In this document: positions 1 to 10,228 of the stretch, piece after piece
How the letters are laid out: the number at the start of each line of letters is the position of its first letter
Numbering within the stretch: position 1 is the stretch's first letter
Source of the DNA: Chiloscyllium plagiosum
Taxonomy: Eukaryota
Direction of reading: 5' to 3'
Assembly (NCBI RefSeq): GCF_004010195.1
Contig: NC_057718.1
Coordinates: 5,073,085-5,093,084, forward strand
DNA: 20,000 bases
Notes under the pieces: model-generated
Seen by the model: the letters and a program-made list of their open reading frames with translations, nothing else
Databases searched by the model: none
What the model was told of the DNA's origin: nothing
Position numbers and translations under genes: made by a program

Positions 1-148
1 CTCTTAGCTTTCACCTGTTTTGGTTTTGGCCACTGTTTACCTATTATTTACTATCTACGCTACTTAACTCTGTGATCTGCCTGTATTGCTGCAAGACAAA
101 GCTTTTCACTGTCTCAGTACATGTGACAATAAATTCAATTAAATCAAG
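1..148 (+). mobile_element. 3' end of a Rex1/Babar-like LINE
   Basis: Terminal motif gcttttcactgtctcagtacatgtgacaataaa followed by a short (aattc/aatta) repeat tail, as recalled for Rex1-type 3' UTRs. Confidence 0.6.
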
Positions 149-254
149 TGAAGGATCTGTTTATTATATTGTGGCTTCACATTCCCTCTGTGAATTGGGC
201 TGTTTGCTGGAATTGAGCAGGGTCTTTCAGCAGTTTGGAATCCAATCTCTCGGG

Positions 255-681
255 ATGAGGTTAGGATTATTTTCGCTGGAGTTCAGACAAGTGAGGGGGG
301 GGGATCTCAAAGTGACTTATAAAATTCTGACAGGGTAGGTTTCGGGAGGATGTTCCCGGTGGTGGCTGCATCCAGAACCACTGATCACAGTCTGAGGATT
401 CAGGGTGGACTATTTAGGACAGAGATGAGGAGAGATTTCTTCTTCCAAGAGCGGTGAGCCTGTGGAATTCATTACCACAGGGGAGTAGCTGATGCCAAAA
501 CATTGAATGTATTCAAGGGGTGGCTAGATATAGCACTTGGGGTGAATAGGATCAAAGGTTATGGGGAGAAAGCAGGATTAGGCTATGGAGTTGGACAATC
601 AGCCATGATGGTGATGAATGGCGGGGCAGGCTTGAGGGGCCGAATGGCCACCGCCTGCTCCTATTTTCTATGTTTCTATGT
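255..681 (+). mobile_element. CR1/HER1 LINE 3' fragment
   Basis: ORF2 C-terminal remnant RLGLFSLEFRQVRGGDLKVTYKILTG; 3' UTR gggccgaatggcc...cctgctcct ending in (ttctatgt)2. Confidence 0.9.
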
Positions 682-1288
682 AAACATGGCTCCAACTAAA
701 TTTTCTGTGGGAAAACCCAGACTGAGATTGTTTTGACGACACCTCCTCTCTCATCCACATCTTGCAGCCCTCGGTGACTGTAGAAAGAAAACAAAACGAG
801 GTGCGAAGGTAGGAGGGAGCTGGGGGAAGATCTTGTCACTGCCACAACATTCTCGGGAAGCAAGCCAACAAAACCTGCTGTGACTTCTTGCCTGGGTGGT
901 TTGTGTCAGAGCTCAGAGATGATTTGAATATTCATTGCAAGCAGATTTTGCAAACATGCTCCTGTTCTGTTGGAACTGTCTGAGAACCTTAGAGCTTTAG
1001 TGAAATACACTTCAGGCCTACAATGATGCTGGAAGTGCAAATGGATAACAGAACAGGGAAGACAGCAGAGTATCTACTAAACCAGTGAGTTGAAACAGCT
1101 GAAAAGTAAATGAGGGAAAGGCCAGGAAGGAGAGGGGATATGCACTAACGCTGCAGTGTTATGTTTTTATTTAAAAAAGAGTTCACAGATTGGCTTTTCA
1201 CAGTGATTGCTTGATTTCATTGCAGAAAGCAGGAATTAAGAAACTGTGCAGACTGACACTCTTTCTCCAGGGGTTTTAAAACAGGAAA

Positions 1289-1506
1289 TATAAAACAAAC
1301 AAACCGTGGTGCTGGAAGTCAGAAACAAAATAGAAATTGCAGGAAAAGCTCTGCAGGTCTGGCAGCCCCTGTGGAGAGAAATCAGAGTTAACGTTTCGGG
1401 TCTGATGACTCTTCCTCAGAAACTCTGGATCTGAAACATTAAGTCTGATTTCTCTCCACAGGTGCTGCTGGGCCTGCTGAGCTTTCCCAGCAATGTCTAT
1501 TTATGC
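1289..1506. mobile_element. Non-autonomous Penelope-derived hairpin (pLTR family B)
   Basis: Inverted arms ~1331-1402 and ~1428-1500. Minus-strand hammerhead motif CTGAGGA-A-GAGTC-ATCA-GACCC-GAAACGTT at 1389-1419. Decayed flanking direct repeat tttaaaacaggaaa (1275-1288) / tttaagataggaga (1507-1520), 11/14. Confidence 0.8.
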
Positions 1507-1537
1507 TTTAAGATAGGAGACTGGGTAAATTCCTGGT

Positions 1538-1748
1538 TAAAAACCACACAACACCAGGTTATAATCCAACAGGTTTATTTGGAAGCATTAGCTTTCGGAG
1601 CGCTGCTCCTTCATTAGGACACAACTACCTTATGAAGGAGCAGCGCTCCGACAGCTAGTGCTTCCAAATAAACCTGTTGGATTATAACCAGGATTTTGTG
1701 ATTTTTAACTTTGTACACCCCCCAGTCCAACACAGCGTCTCCAAATCA
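1538..1748. mobile_element. Non-autonomous Penelope-derived hairpin (pLTR family A), copy 1
   Basis: ~80-bp inverted arms 1537-1618 / 1628-1709 plus a ~40-bp one-sided tail. Degenerate hammerhead motif in each arm (stem II GGAGC/GCTCC). Flanked by taaattcctggt (1526-1537) / tagattcctggt (1749-1760). Confidence 0.85.
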
Positions 1749-1785
1749 TAGATTCCTGGTGACCTTTTACCTAATGTTGACTTCA

Positions 1786-2092
1786 CATAGAAACCAGGAA
1801 ACACACAATATTGGAGCAGGAATAGGCCGTCTGGCCCTTCAAGCCTCCTCCACCGTCCAACTCAATCCCCTGTTACTGCTTTCTCCCCATACACTTTGCT
1901 CCTTTTAGCCCTAAGAGCTATATCTAACTCTAATATTCAATATTTTGACCTCAACTGCTTTCTGTGACAGAATTCCACAGGTTCCCCACTCTCTGGGTGA
2001 AGACATTTCCTCTCATCTCGGTCCAAAATGGCCGACCCCATCTCCTTAGACTGTGAACCCTGGTTCTGGACTCCCGGTAACCGAAAACATCT
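1786..2092 (-). mobile_element. CR1/HER1 LINE 3' fragment
   Basis: Reverse complement is similar to 255-681 (ggagcaggaataggcc...ctctctgggtgaaga...ttctggactccc). Confidence 0.85.
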
Positions 2093-2162
2093 GTAAGATC
2101 AAAAAATATGAAGAGAAGGGAAACAGGAAAGGAAATTTAATTTTTAAAAAAAGGATTCCGGA

Positions 2163-2465
2163 GGTGGCATGGTAGCACTACTGTTTCACAGCAGCAGAAA
2201 CCCAGGTTCGATCCCAGCCTCTGGCAACTGTGTGTGGAGATTCTCCCCGTGTCTGCGTGGCTTTCCTCCCATAGTTCAAAGATGTGCAGGTTTAGTGGAT
2301 TGGTCATGCTAAATTGCCCATAGTGTTCAGGGATGTGCAGGCTGTGGGTTGTTAACCTTGGGAAATGCAGGGTTATAGGGGTAGGGCATACGGGTGTGTT
2401 GCTCTTCGGAGGGTCGGTATGGATTCGATGGGCCAAATGGCGAGCTTCCACACAGTAGGGATCCT
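2163..2465 (+). mobile_element. HE1-like tRNA SINE
   Basis: tRNA-like head with B box ggttcgatccc, central ttctccccgtgtctgcgtgg motif, HER1-like tail ttccacacagtagggat. Confidence 0.85.
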
Positions 2466-2519
2466 GTGCTTTAACATAAAAGGCTGGAAATATCCTGCAG
2501 ATCATCAGCATCTTTAATT

Positions 2520-2834
2520 TAATCATGGGATATGGACATTGCTGGCAAGGCCTGCATTTGTTGCCCAAACTTCATTGTCCAGGGCACAGTAAAGATTGAA
2601 CCATTGTTGTGGGTTTGGAGTCACATGTAGGCCAGACCAGGTAAGGATGGCAGATTTCCTTCCCTAAAGGACATTAGTGACCCAGGTAGGTTTTAAAGAT
2701 AATTGCAATGGTTCTGTCAAGGTAAAGTCTGTTTCCAGATTTTTAATCAATTTAGATATTCCCATTTCCATAAATATAGGCCTGGGATTCTGGGTTATTA
2801 ATCCAGAGACGCTCCCACCATGCCACTGCTTCCC
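2520..2834 (-). mobile_element. tRNA-derived SINE (non-HE1 family) with CR1-type tail
   Basis: Reverse complement matches 5628-5850 (ggttcactaatgtcctttag...ggcctacatgtgactcc); its 3' tail matches the LINE end at ~15675-15730. Confidence 0.75.
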
Positions 2835-3705
2835 CTGTTTTTAGAAATAAAAAAATTAATGTTACAAAAACAGAAATTGTTGGAGCAACTCAGCAGGTCT
2901 GGCAGCCTCTGCAGGGAGAAAGCAGAGTTTACGTTTCAGGTTCAGTGATTTCATCAGAACTGCTGGGCGCTGGGAAATAGTGATATTTATTTATACTGAG
3001 GACAAGACTATGATTTCAAGGTGCTGGTGCATGCTGAGGACAAGGTTGGTGGTGAAGTGAGTAGGTAAGTGACTGGAGAGGTGTGCAGACAAATAAAGAT
3101 GGAACCCAGACAGAGAGATATGGAGGGGGGTGGGTAAACAAGGAGATAATGCAAAGGAAGCCAGGACCGAAGAAAAGCTGAGTAAGAGCTAAGAGCAGGA
3201 GAGAATGGGTAGGCTGTGCTAAAAGTAATCCATGTCTGAATAGGACTGGGTGTTGGGGTGGATAATAGACATGGAAAGATTGAGTCAGGCTTGACGTTAT
3301 TTCAAGTTACTTCACCTGGAAGGTGTGTCTGGGACCTTGGATAGTGAAGAGGGTGGAAGTTAACAGGCAGATGTTGCACCTTCCGCAATTATGGGTGAAG
3401 GTATTGGGAGTGGAGGAAGAGTGAATTGGGGTGTTCTGGAGAGAATGGTCCCTGTGGAAGGTGGATAAGGGAGGGGAGGGGAATGTGTGTCACTGGAGGT
3501 GGCAGAAATGATGGCTTACAATCCTTTGGATGTGGAGGCTGGTGTGGTGTTAGCTGAGGACCTGGGGACCGTATTGCTATTGTGGGAGGGAAGGGAAGGA
3601 GTGAGGGCAGAAGTGCATGAGATGGCTCAGACCCAGCTGAGGGCCCTGTCAACCACAGTGCTGGGGAATCCTCGGTTGAGGAAAGAGGGGCACATTTCGG
3701 AGGTT

Positions 3706-4080
3706 CCCACGGCACCTTCCCCTGCAGCAGCAGAAGGTGTATCACTTGCCCATTTCCTTCCGCTTTCCTCACTATCCAAGGCCCCAGACATGCACCTTGC
3801 CTGTACATTGCTCAATCTAGTCTCCTGCATTCTCTGCTCAGAATGTGCTCTCCCCTACACTGGGGAAACGAGACATAGACTGGGCGGCTACTTTGCAGAA
3901 CACCTACACTCTGTTGGTAGAAATAAGCCTAAGCTCCCTATTGCCTGCAACCCCTCCCCAGTCCGTGTACCCATCCCAACATCGCAGTCTCAGGCCTCCT
4001 GCAGTGTTCCACTGAGCCTCAGCACAAGCTCACAGAACAGAATCTCATTTTCCTCTTGGGGCCCCTGCAGCCTCTAGGAC
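3706..4080 (+). pseudogene. Penelope zinc-binding linker and GIY-YIG endonuclease remnant (frameshifted)
   Basis: HGTFPCSSRRCITCPF...TIQGPRH, then in another frame NLVSCILCSECALPYTGETRHRLGGYFAEHLHSV, matching the recalled PLE pattern NLVYCI.C..C...YIGET.RRL..RF.EHL. Confidence 0.85.
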
Positions 4081-4158
4081 TCAACACTGAGTTCCAGAAC
4101 TTTTCAGCCTGATTCCATCCTGCCATGTTTTGTCCCCAGCCCCAACACCTGGTCCTGT

Positions 4159-4292
4159 CATCAGCCCTTTCCTGATGAAGGGCTTATGCCCGAAATGTCA
4201 GTTCTCCTGCTCCTCAGATGCTGCCTGACCTGCTTTGCTTTTTGAGCAGCACATTCTCAACTCTAATTTCCAGCATCTGCAATCCTCACTTT
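4159..4292 (+). mobile_element. Solo Penelope pLTR (family C) with minimal hammerhead motif, nested in the larger PLE
   Basis: CTGATGA-A-GGGC-TTAT-GCCC-GAAATGTC at 4172-4199. Exact 13-bp direct repeat cacctggtcctgt at 4146-4158 and 4293-4305. The segment is absent from the homologous inverted arm at ~3200-3260. Confidence 0.85.
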
Positions 4293-4489
4293 CACCTGGT
4301 CCTGTTATGACATGGATTGTTGTCAGCACAGTCAGCCATTCTCACATCATCTTCAACCAATTATCACATTATATGGGGGCTTTCAGTACAGCTCACTCAT
4401 TTTCTCCTACTCTCATTCTTATTATCAATTATTCAGTCACTGCCAGTGCTGGCCTGCTTTCCATAATCTCCTTGTTTACCAACCCATTT

Positions 4490-4549
4490 CATCTCTCGCT
4501 CTCGCGCTCTCTGTCTCGCTGTCACTCTCTTGCACTCTCTCTCGTTCTG

Positions 4550-4584
<35 letters not shown>

Positions 4585-4700
4585 TTCACTTTCTTTCTCT
4601 GCGTCTCCCTCCCATACGCTCTTTCTTTGTGTGTCTCACTCACACACTCATTCTCACCCTCTCTTTCTCTGTGCGTCTCTTGCTCTCACATTCTCACTCC
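4490..4700. repeat. Degenerate (CT)n/(CA)n microsatellite, low complexity
   Basis: Runs of ctctctct and cacacaca; this accounts for the spurious S/L/H-rich ORFs at 4235-4783. Confidence 0.95.
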
Positions 4701-4789
4701 CTAACCACCCATCTCACCTCTTTGTAACACCCCCTTTCCAAACTTTATCCTCAGCAGAAACACCAGTATTTCCTAACAGCTAATGGCAG

Positions 4790-5005
4790 TGATTGGGACC
4801 AGAACCAAGAGGGGCTCATTGACGGTGAGATCCCTGGTTTTCCCAGGTTAACAGCCCCATTCAGGAAGCCTTAGCTGACAGGGGATTCAGAAAGTCAACT
4901 CAGTCTCAGGACTGGCTGTGAGCTGGGGGTCCGAGCCCATATACTGTGCACATGTAAGTAAAGGGTGACTTGGTGATGTGGTACCAGCCTCGGTGAAGTT
5001 ATTTC
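4790..5005 (+). mobile_element. Solo-LTR-like element, copy 1, inserted in the PLE right arm
   Basis: Similar to 12613-12821 (tcaggaagccttagctgacag; gtaaagggtgacttggtga...gttatttc). Confidence 0.65.
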
Positions 5006-5627
5006 CCCACAGTTCAGACTCACTGTTGACTCTGCTTTCTCTCCACAGAGATTGCAAGACCTGCTGAGTTTCTCCAGCAACTTCTGTTTTTGTTTAGATC
5101 TCCAGCATGGGCAGTTCTTCATTTTATTTTTAAGTTAATATTACTTTAAGTTTACCATTAGAAAAGCAGTTGGTTTGGATAAAAGTTTTCAAATTTTAAA
5201 TTTCCGAAGAGAAGGTTCACAAAGTGAAAGAATGAGATTTCACGTTTAGAATTGTTTGCTGTCTGGACTGGAAAGACTGACAGTCTTTGACAATGAAGAT
5301 GTTGGTAAAGTGGTACTTCCACAGTTGATTACTGGATTTGACTTCCCGGGCGAGATTAATTGCCACGTACTGAAATGCATGAGCTTCCTGCAAAACACAG
5401 GAAGCTTCAGGATAAGATGTCACTTTTACAAAGTTAGTGGTATAACAGGGAAAATCTTGCACCAGATTGTGGTCTTTCAGAGTTTATTGCAACATCTCCT
5501 TTCTATGAATTGCACACTAACTAATATCCGTAACAACCATTTACATGTTGAAAAAATTCAACAAAAGTATGACACGTGTCACAAGATAAGATGGTGAATT
5601 CTCAAGTGTTTATATGCCACACATTCC

Positions 5628-5850
5628 ATTGAATTCAATAAAAATCTGGAATTATAAGTCTAAAGATGACCATAATCCATTGATTTTTGGAAAGATCCAT
5701 CTGGTTCACTCATGCCCTTTACTTACTCTGGCCTATATGTGACTCTAGACCCACACCAATGGGGTTGATTCTTAACTGCCCGCTGAGCAATTAGGCATGG
5801 ATAATAAATGCTGGCCCAGTTAACGACACCCTCATTCCTTGAATTAATTT
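5628..5850 (+). mobile_element. tRNA-derived SINE (same family as 2520-2834), 5'-truncated
   Basis: gaattcaataaaaatctggaatt...ccatctggttcact...ggcctatatgtgactc...aataaatgctggcc tail. Confidence 0.75.
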
Positions 5851-6066
5851 TTAAAAATAAATAAATAAGCCATGCTTAAGGTAATTCCAGAGTGTAATGA
5901 GAGTTTTGTTTCTTTTATAGGTTGATTGGCTTACGCAGAACCAACTTTACATAACAGGAAGATAGAGTTCACCATCCTGAGTTTGACTACCTTGATAGTC
6001 CGAGACTCCTTGACTGTCCTGAGTTTAACATTGGACAGTTACAAATGCCAGTGTCATATTCACAAA

Positions 6067-6530
6067 TAAGATTGTAAGCTGTTGGAGCAGAAGTAGGCCA
6101 TTCAGCCCATCGGGTCAGCTCCACCATTCAGTGAGGTCATAGCTAATCTGATAATCCTCAACTCCACTTTCCTGCCTTTTCCCCATAACACGGTGGCAAA
6201 GTGGCTAGCACTACTGCCTCACAGCACCAGAGACCCGGGTTCAATTCCTGCCTCAGGCGACTGACTGTGTGGAGTTTGCACATTCTCCCCGTGTCTGCGT
6301 GGGTTTCCTCCGGGTGCTCCGGTTTCCTCCCACAGTCAAAATATGTGCGGGTTAGGTGAGTTGGTGATGCTAAATTGCCCGTAGTGTTAGGTGAAGGGGT
6401 AAATGTAGGGGAATGAGTTTGAATTGGGTTGTGCTTCGTCTACTTCAACGCCTGTTTCCACACTGTAAGTAATCTAATCAAACCCTTGAATCCCTTCCTG
6501 ATTAAAAATCTGTCTATCTCAGCCCGGAAT
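6067..6530 (-). mobile_element. CR1/HER1 3' fragment interrupted by an HE1 SINE
   Basis: ggagcagaagtaggccattcagccc...ttttccccataa (6067-6188) resumes as acccttgaatcccttcctgattaaaaatctgtctatctcagcc (6481-6530). Confidence 0.8.
6189..6480 (+). mobile_element. HE1 SINE
   Basis: A box tggcaaagtgg, B box ggttcaattcc, core cacattctccccgtgtctgcgtgggtttcctccgggtgctccgg, tail tgtttccacactgtaagtaatctaatc. Confidence 0.92.
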
Positions 6531-6628
6531 CATTGAATCCCTCCAGTGTGGAACGAGGCCATTTGGCCCATCGAGTGTGTAACAACCCTCCAAAGAGCAT
6601 CTGAGCCAGACCCACCCCTTGTCCCTGT
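6531..6628 (-). mobile_element. HE1 SINE 3' fragment
   Basis: gaatccctccagtgtggaac..ggccatttggcccatcgag...ccctccaaagagcat is the reverse complement of the HE1 tail. Confidence 0.75.
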
Positions 6629-6763
6629 GAGAAAGTCCTTCACTGGCCATAAAATGCTTTGGAAGGACTTCCCTGTATGATCTTCCATGACTCTAGTTGG
6701 GGTAAGGCAAAGATTGATGAAATGATCCCATGTCCCAAACTGTTCTTTACCAGGAGCTCCCCC

Positions 6764-7263
6764 NNNNNNNNNNNNNNNNNNNNNNNNNNNNNNNNNNNNN
6801 NNNNNNNNNNNNNNNNNNNNNNNNNNNNNNNNNNNNNNNNNNNNNNNNNNNNNNNNNNNNNNNNNNNNNNNNNNNNNNNNNNNNNNNNNNNNNNNNNNNN
6901 NNNNNNNNNNNNNNNNNNNNNNNNNNNNNNNNNNNNNNNNNNNNNNNNNNNNNNNNNNNNNNNNNNNNNNNNNNNNNNNNNNNNNNNNNNNNNNNNNNNN
7001 NNNNNNNNNNNNNNNNNNNNNNNNNNNNNNNNNNNNNNNNNNNNNNNNNNNNNNNNNNNNNNNNNNNNNNNNNNNNNNNNNNNNNNNNNNNNNNNNNNNN
7101 NNNNNNNNNNNNNNNNNNNNNNNNNNNNNNNNNNNNNNNNNNNNNNNNNNNNNNNNNNNNNNNNNNNNNNNNNNNNNNNNNNNNNNNNNNNNNNNNNNNN
7201 NNNNNNNNNNNNNNNNNNNNNNNNNNNNNNNNNNNNNNNNNNNNNNNNNNNNNNNNNNNNNNN
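6764..7263. other. Assembly gap (500 N)
   Basis: Run of exactly 500 n; the round number suggests a placeholder of unknown true size. Confidence 0.99.
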
Positions 7264-7654
7264 TTGGCAACACCTTAAATTTTCTTGATTTTCATACAAC
7301 CCACCTGCTCATCTGACGTGTCACTGTGAAAGTGACTCACAAAATGTCACGGTGTATTTCAAAGCATCTTGTGGCTGAAGTGCTTTGAGACATTCCTGAG
7401 CATTGTGAGAACTCAATGTATTTTTCTTTAGTTTTTATTGTGTGTGTGTGTGCTGCAGAAAGATGGTGGGCGACTTTAAACTCCAAACTGTCTGTGTATC
7501 ACATTAGTGAACAAAGCCCATCAGGCAAACTGTAAGAGCCTGTCCTGTCCTGTGGGAAATGCATCTGTGTGTCTTACTATCACACTTCCTCATCGTCTCA
7601 ACTCAACACACTCCCCTGCCCTGCCTCCTCTCTGTTGTTCACGTGCATCCTCAA

Positions 7655-7890
7655 CATTGGCATTAGCCAGAAACTCACTGGACTCGCCACATAAACACTG
7701 TAGCTGCTAGAGCAGGTCAGAGGCTAGGAATACTGTGGGTGAGTAACTCACCTCCTGACACCCCAACGCCTGTCCACCATCTACAAGGCACAAGTTAGGA
7801 GTGTGATGGAATACTCCCCATTTACCTGGATAGGTTCAGCTCCAGCAACACTCGAGAGACGTTTGACAGCATCCAGCACAAAGCAGCCGA
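7655..7890 (+). mobile_element. CR1-clade LINE ORF2 fragment (second family)
   Basis: Across frameshifts it encodes HINTVAARAGQRLGIL..THLLTPQRLSTIYKAQVRSVMEYSPFTW; homologous to ~16320-16450 (minus). Confidence 0.85.
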
Positions 7891-7924
7891 CTTTTTTTTA
7901 TCTCTTCCCTCCTCTCTATATCTC

Positions 7925-8076
7925 TCTGTCTTCCTTTCTGTTCCTTAAACACTCTCTCTTTAACCAAACCTTTGGTGACCTGTGCTGATGTGACTCTGTG
8001 TTGAATTTTCTCAAGTGATGCTGTTCTGTAGCACTGAGGGATGTCTCTCTCAATGCAAGGCTTAGAAAATGTTGCA
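7925..8076 (+). mobile_element. L2-like LINE 3' end (old)
   Basis: ccttaaacactctctctttaaccaaacctttggt...gcactgagggatgt resembles a recalled L2 terminus (LLKTYLFDQAF-like end). Confidence 0.5.
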
Positions 8077-9098
8077 GATGTTCAAAGATCCTGCTCACCT
8101 TTAGCTCTGACAGAAAATAAATCATCCAGGATCCAACTGAGCACCTTATGCAAAGGAGGTGATAGGCAATTTGAGTAGAGGTGCATAGGGACAAACTCTG
8201 TTGATTGGTGTCAGTAAGCAGTGGGTTAAAGTAAATGATCAAATCATTAAGAGATGGAAATAGTTTATTTTTGACGGTGAATTAGGTTCTGAAATAAGCT
8301 GCCTAAAAGCACATTGAAGTTTGAATTGGATGTGTTGTCCACTGTCAATGGGAAATAGAACCATAGAAACGATAGAGCACAGAAGGTGGCCATTTGGCCT
8401 ATCTTGTCTATGCCAACCCAAAGACAGTCTGCCGGGCTAAAGACCAGGGCAGTAAGACTAATTTGAGACAGCACACACAGTCACAGTAGCAAGAGTTCCA
8501 ATGATGTGACATTTGGTGATTTTCTTTCTATTCAGTGGTCACTGCATGTCGAGCTTCCATCCTCAATGATGGATCCAACATTGAAATGTTGCCCAACCCA
8601 CACACACCCATGTTCCCTCTGACCTGATCCCACAATCCTGGCTCTGATTATCAGCGGCTTTTGTTGATTGTCTCTCCAGATTTACGACTACTTTAAGTGT
8701 TCTCGTCCAGTTCTGTAAAGTTTCCACTCACAACAGCAAATGGCTGTCCTTCCACCCCTTTCTCCCAGCCCACTGTGCCCCCATCTGATTTCATGGGCAT
8801 CCGGCGGCACAGGTCGATCTTACTGTTTTGGGGGGGAATGTGCATTTGTTCACCATTGTCCCCACCCCAGCTTATGTTCCAGATGGGTCACCACTTTGTC
8901 CCGTTGTATATTTCAGTTGCACTGAGGGTCTGCTGCTTTCAGTCTTGCTGCACTACATTGTACGCTAATCTATGAGATTCTTGACACATAGCATTGCTCA
9001 CAGCTGTGTGTATAAGCATAGACATATATTTATTCTTATATGAGCGGGGGTGGTTGACAAAGTTATTCAAATCTCTCACTAAATATAATTCCGATGAA

Positions 9099-9712
9099 GG
9101 TGGCACGGTGGCTCAGTGGTTAGCACTACTGCCTCACAGCGCCGGGGATCCCGGTTCAGTTCTACCCCTGGGTGACTGGGTGGACTTTGCACATTCACAT
9201 GGGTGTATGGTTTCCCCTGGGTGCTCCAGTTTCTCCCACAGTCCGAAGATGTGTAGGTGGATTCGCCATAATAAATTGCCCATAGAGCCCAGAGTTGTGC
9301 CATGGGAAATGCAGGGTTACAGGGATAGGGTAGGGGGATGCTCTTTGAAGGGTTGGTCGGATTAGATTAGATTTGATTCCTTACAGTGTGGAAACAGGCC
9401 CTTCGGCCCAACAAGTCCACACTGACCCTCTGAAGAGCAACCCATCCGGACCTATTCCCCTACATTTACCCCTGACTAATCCACCTGACACTACGGGTAA
9501 TTTAGCGTGGCCAATTCACCCTAACCTGCACATCTGTGGGAGGAAACCCACGCAGACACGGAGAATGTGCAAACTCCACACAGTCAGTTGCCCAAGGCGG
9601 GAATTGAACCCAGGTCCCTGGTGCTGAGAGGCGGCAGCGCTAACCACTGAGCCACCGTGTCGCCCCTATGAAGTCGATGAGTCAGATGCTTCCACCCTGT
9701 AGGGATTCTGTG
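9099..9712 (+). mobile_element. HE1 SINE (+) interrupted near its 3' end by an antisense HE1
   Basis: Head ggtggcacggtggctcagtggttagcact at 9099; body runs to 9360; tail resumes at ~9666-9712 (gcttccaccctgtagggattct). Confidence 0.85.
9361..9665 (-). mobile_element. HE1 SINE (full length)
   Basis: Reverse complement begins gggcgacacggtggctcagtggttagcgctgccgcc and ends in a (ctaat)n tail. Confidence 0.92.
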
Positions 9713-9930
9713 ACTAATTCTGCCAAGTTTATATCGGTTCTGTTCGGCTGGAACAGAAAATCAACCTTGAGACAGCTCAACATGTTTTCAAACCAATGAA
9801 ATAATTTTGTGTTGTAGTCATTGGTGCAACACAGGAAAACCCTCTCCAATTCATCCCTCTCACCTGCAGCCTTACACTTTCCATTTTCCCCTCTTGAGGT
9901 ATAATCCAATTGCATTTTGGAAGTGATTAT

Positions 9931-10228
9931 AGAATCCTTATAGTGCACTTAGAGGCAGTTCAGCCCACCCAGTCTTCCCTGACCCACTGAAAAGCATCCC
10001 ACCTTGTCATAACCCATATTAACTGTGGCTCACCCTCCGGGACAATTTAGCCTGGCCAATCCAACTCATCTGTGCATCTTTGGACTGTGGAAGGAAACTA
10101 GAGCACACAGAGGAGTCCCCAAGTAGACACGGGGAGAATGTCTGCAGAATTTGCACTGTCACCCGAGGCTGGAATCAAACCCAGGTCACTGGTGCTGTTG
10201 AGGCAGCAGTGCTAACCACTGAGCCACC
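9931..10228 (-). mobile_element. HE1-like SINE (diverged)
   Basis: aggcagcagtgctaaccactgagccacc head and gacacggggagaatg core. Confidence 0.85.

Larger units (their letters stand above)
2866..5131. mobile_element. Degenerate Penelope-like element in tail-out inverted configuration (family B pLTRs at both ends)
   Basis: Minus arm ~3310-3704 encodes RT-thumb/linker remnants (SFLNRGFPSTVVDRAL...HRDHSL...TIQGPRHTFQVK). Plus arm ~3706-4080 encodes GTFPC..RRC.TC and a GIY-YIG endonuclease remnant (NLVSCILCSECALPYTGETRHRLGGYFAEHL). Inverted pLTRs at ~2866-2975 and ~5010-5125. Flanking repeat aaattaatgttac (2853-2865) / aagttaatattac (5132-5144). Confidence 0.85.

Noticed and set aside
1023..1090. 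Possible PHACTR2 alternative first exon (ATG GAT AAC = MDN..., donor gtgagt at 1085)
   Set aside because: The donor falls in phase 2 but the downstream exon needs phase 1; joining gives CAC TGA (stop). The phase-1 frame is closed by stops.
1537..1709. Pre-miRNA, CRISPR or classical DNA-transposon MITE interpretation of the hairpins
   Set aside because: No repeat-spacer array. Asymmetric ends, 12-14 bp TSDs, hammerhead motifs and, for family B, linkage to a GIY-YIG remnant fit a Penelope origin better.
4235..4783. Long S/L/H-rich ORFs
   Set aside because: Artefact of the CT/CA microsatellite.
5217..5597. Overlapping 113-aa (+) and 81-aa (-) ORFs in unique sequence
   Set aside because: No recognisable domain or convincing splice-site pair; lengths are compatible with chance.
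5900..6080. Strong acceptor tcttttatag|g at 5920
   Set aside because: All three frames close within ~45 nt; no PHACTR similarity.
6530..7299. ORFs of 182-247 aa
   Set aside because: They read through the 500-N gap.
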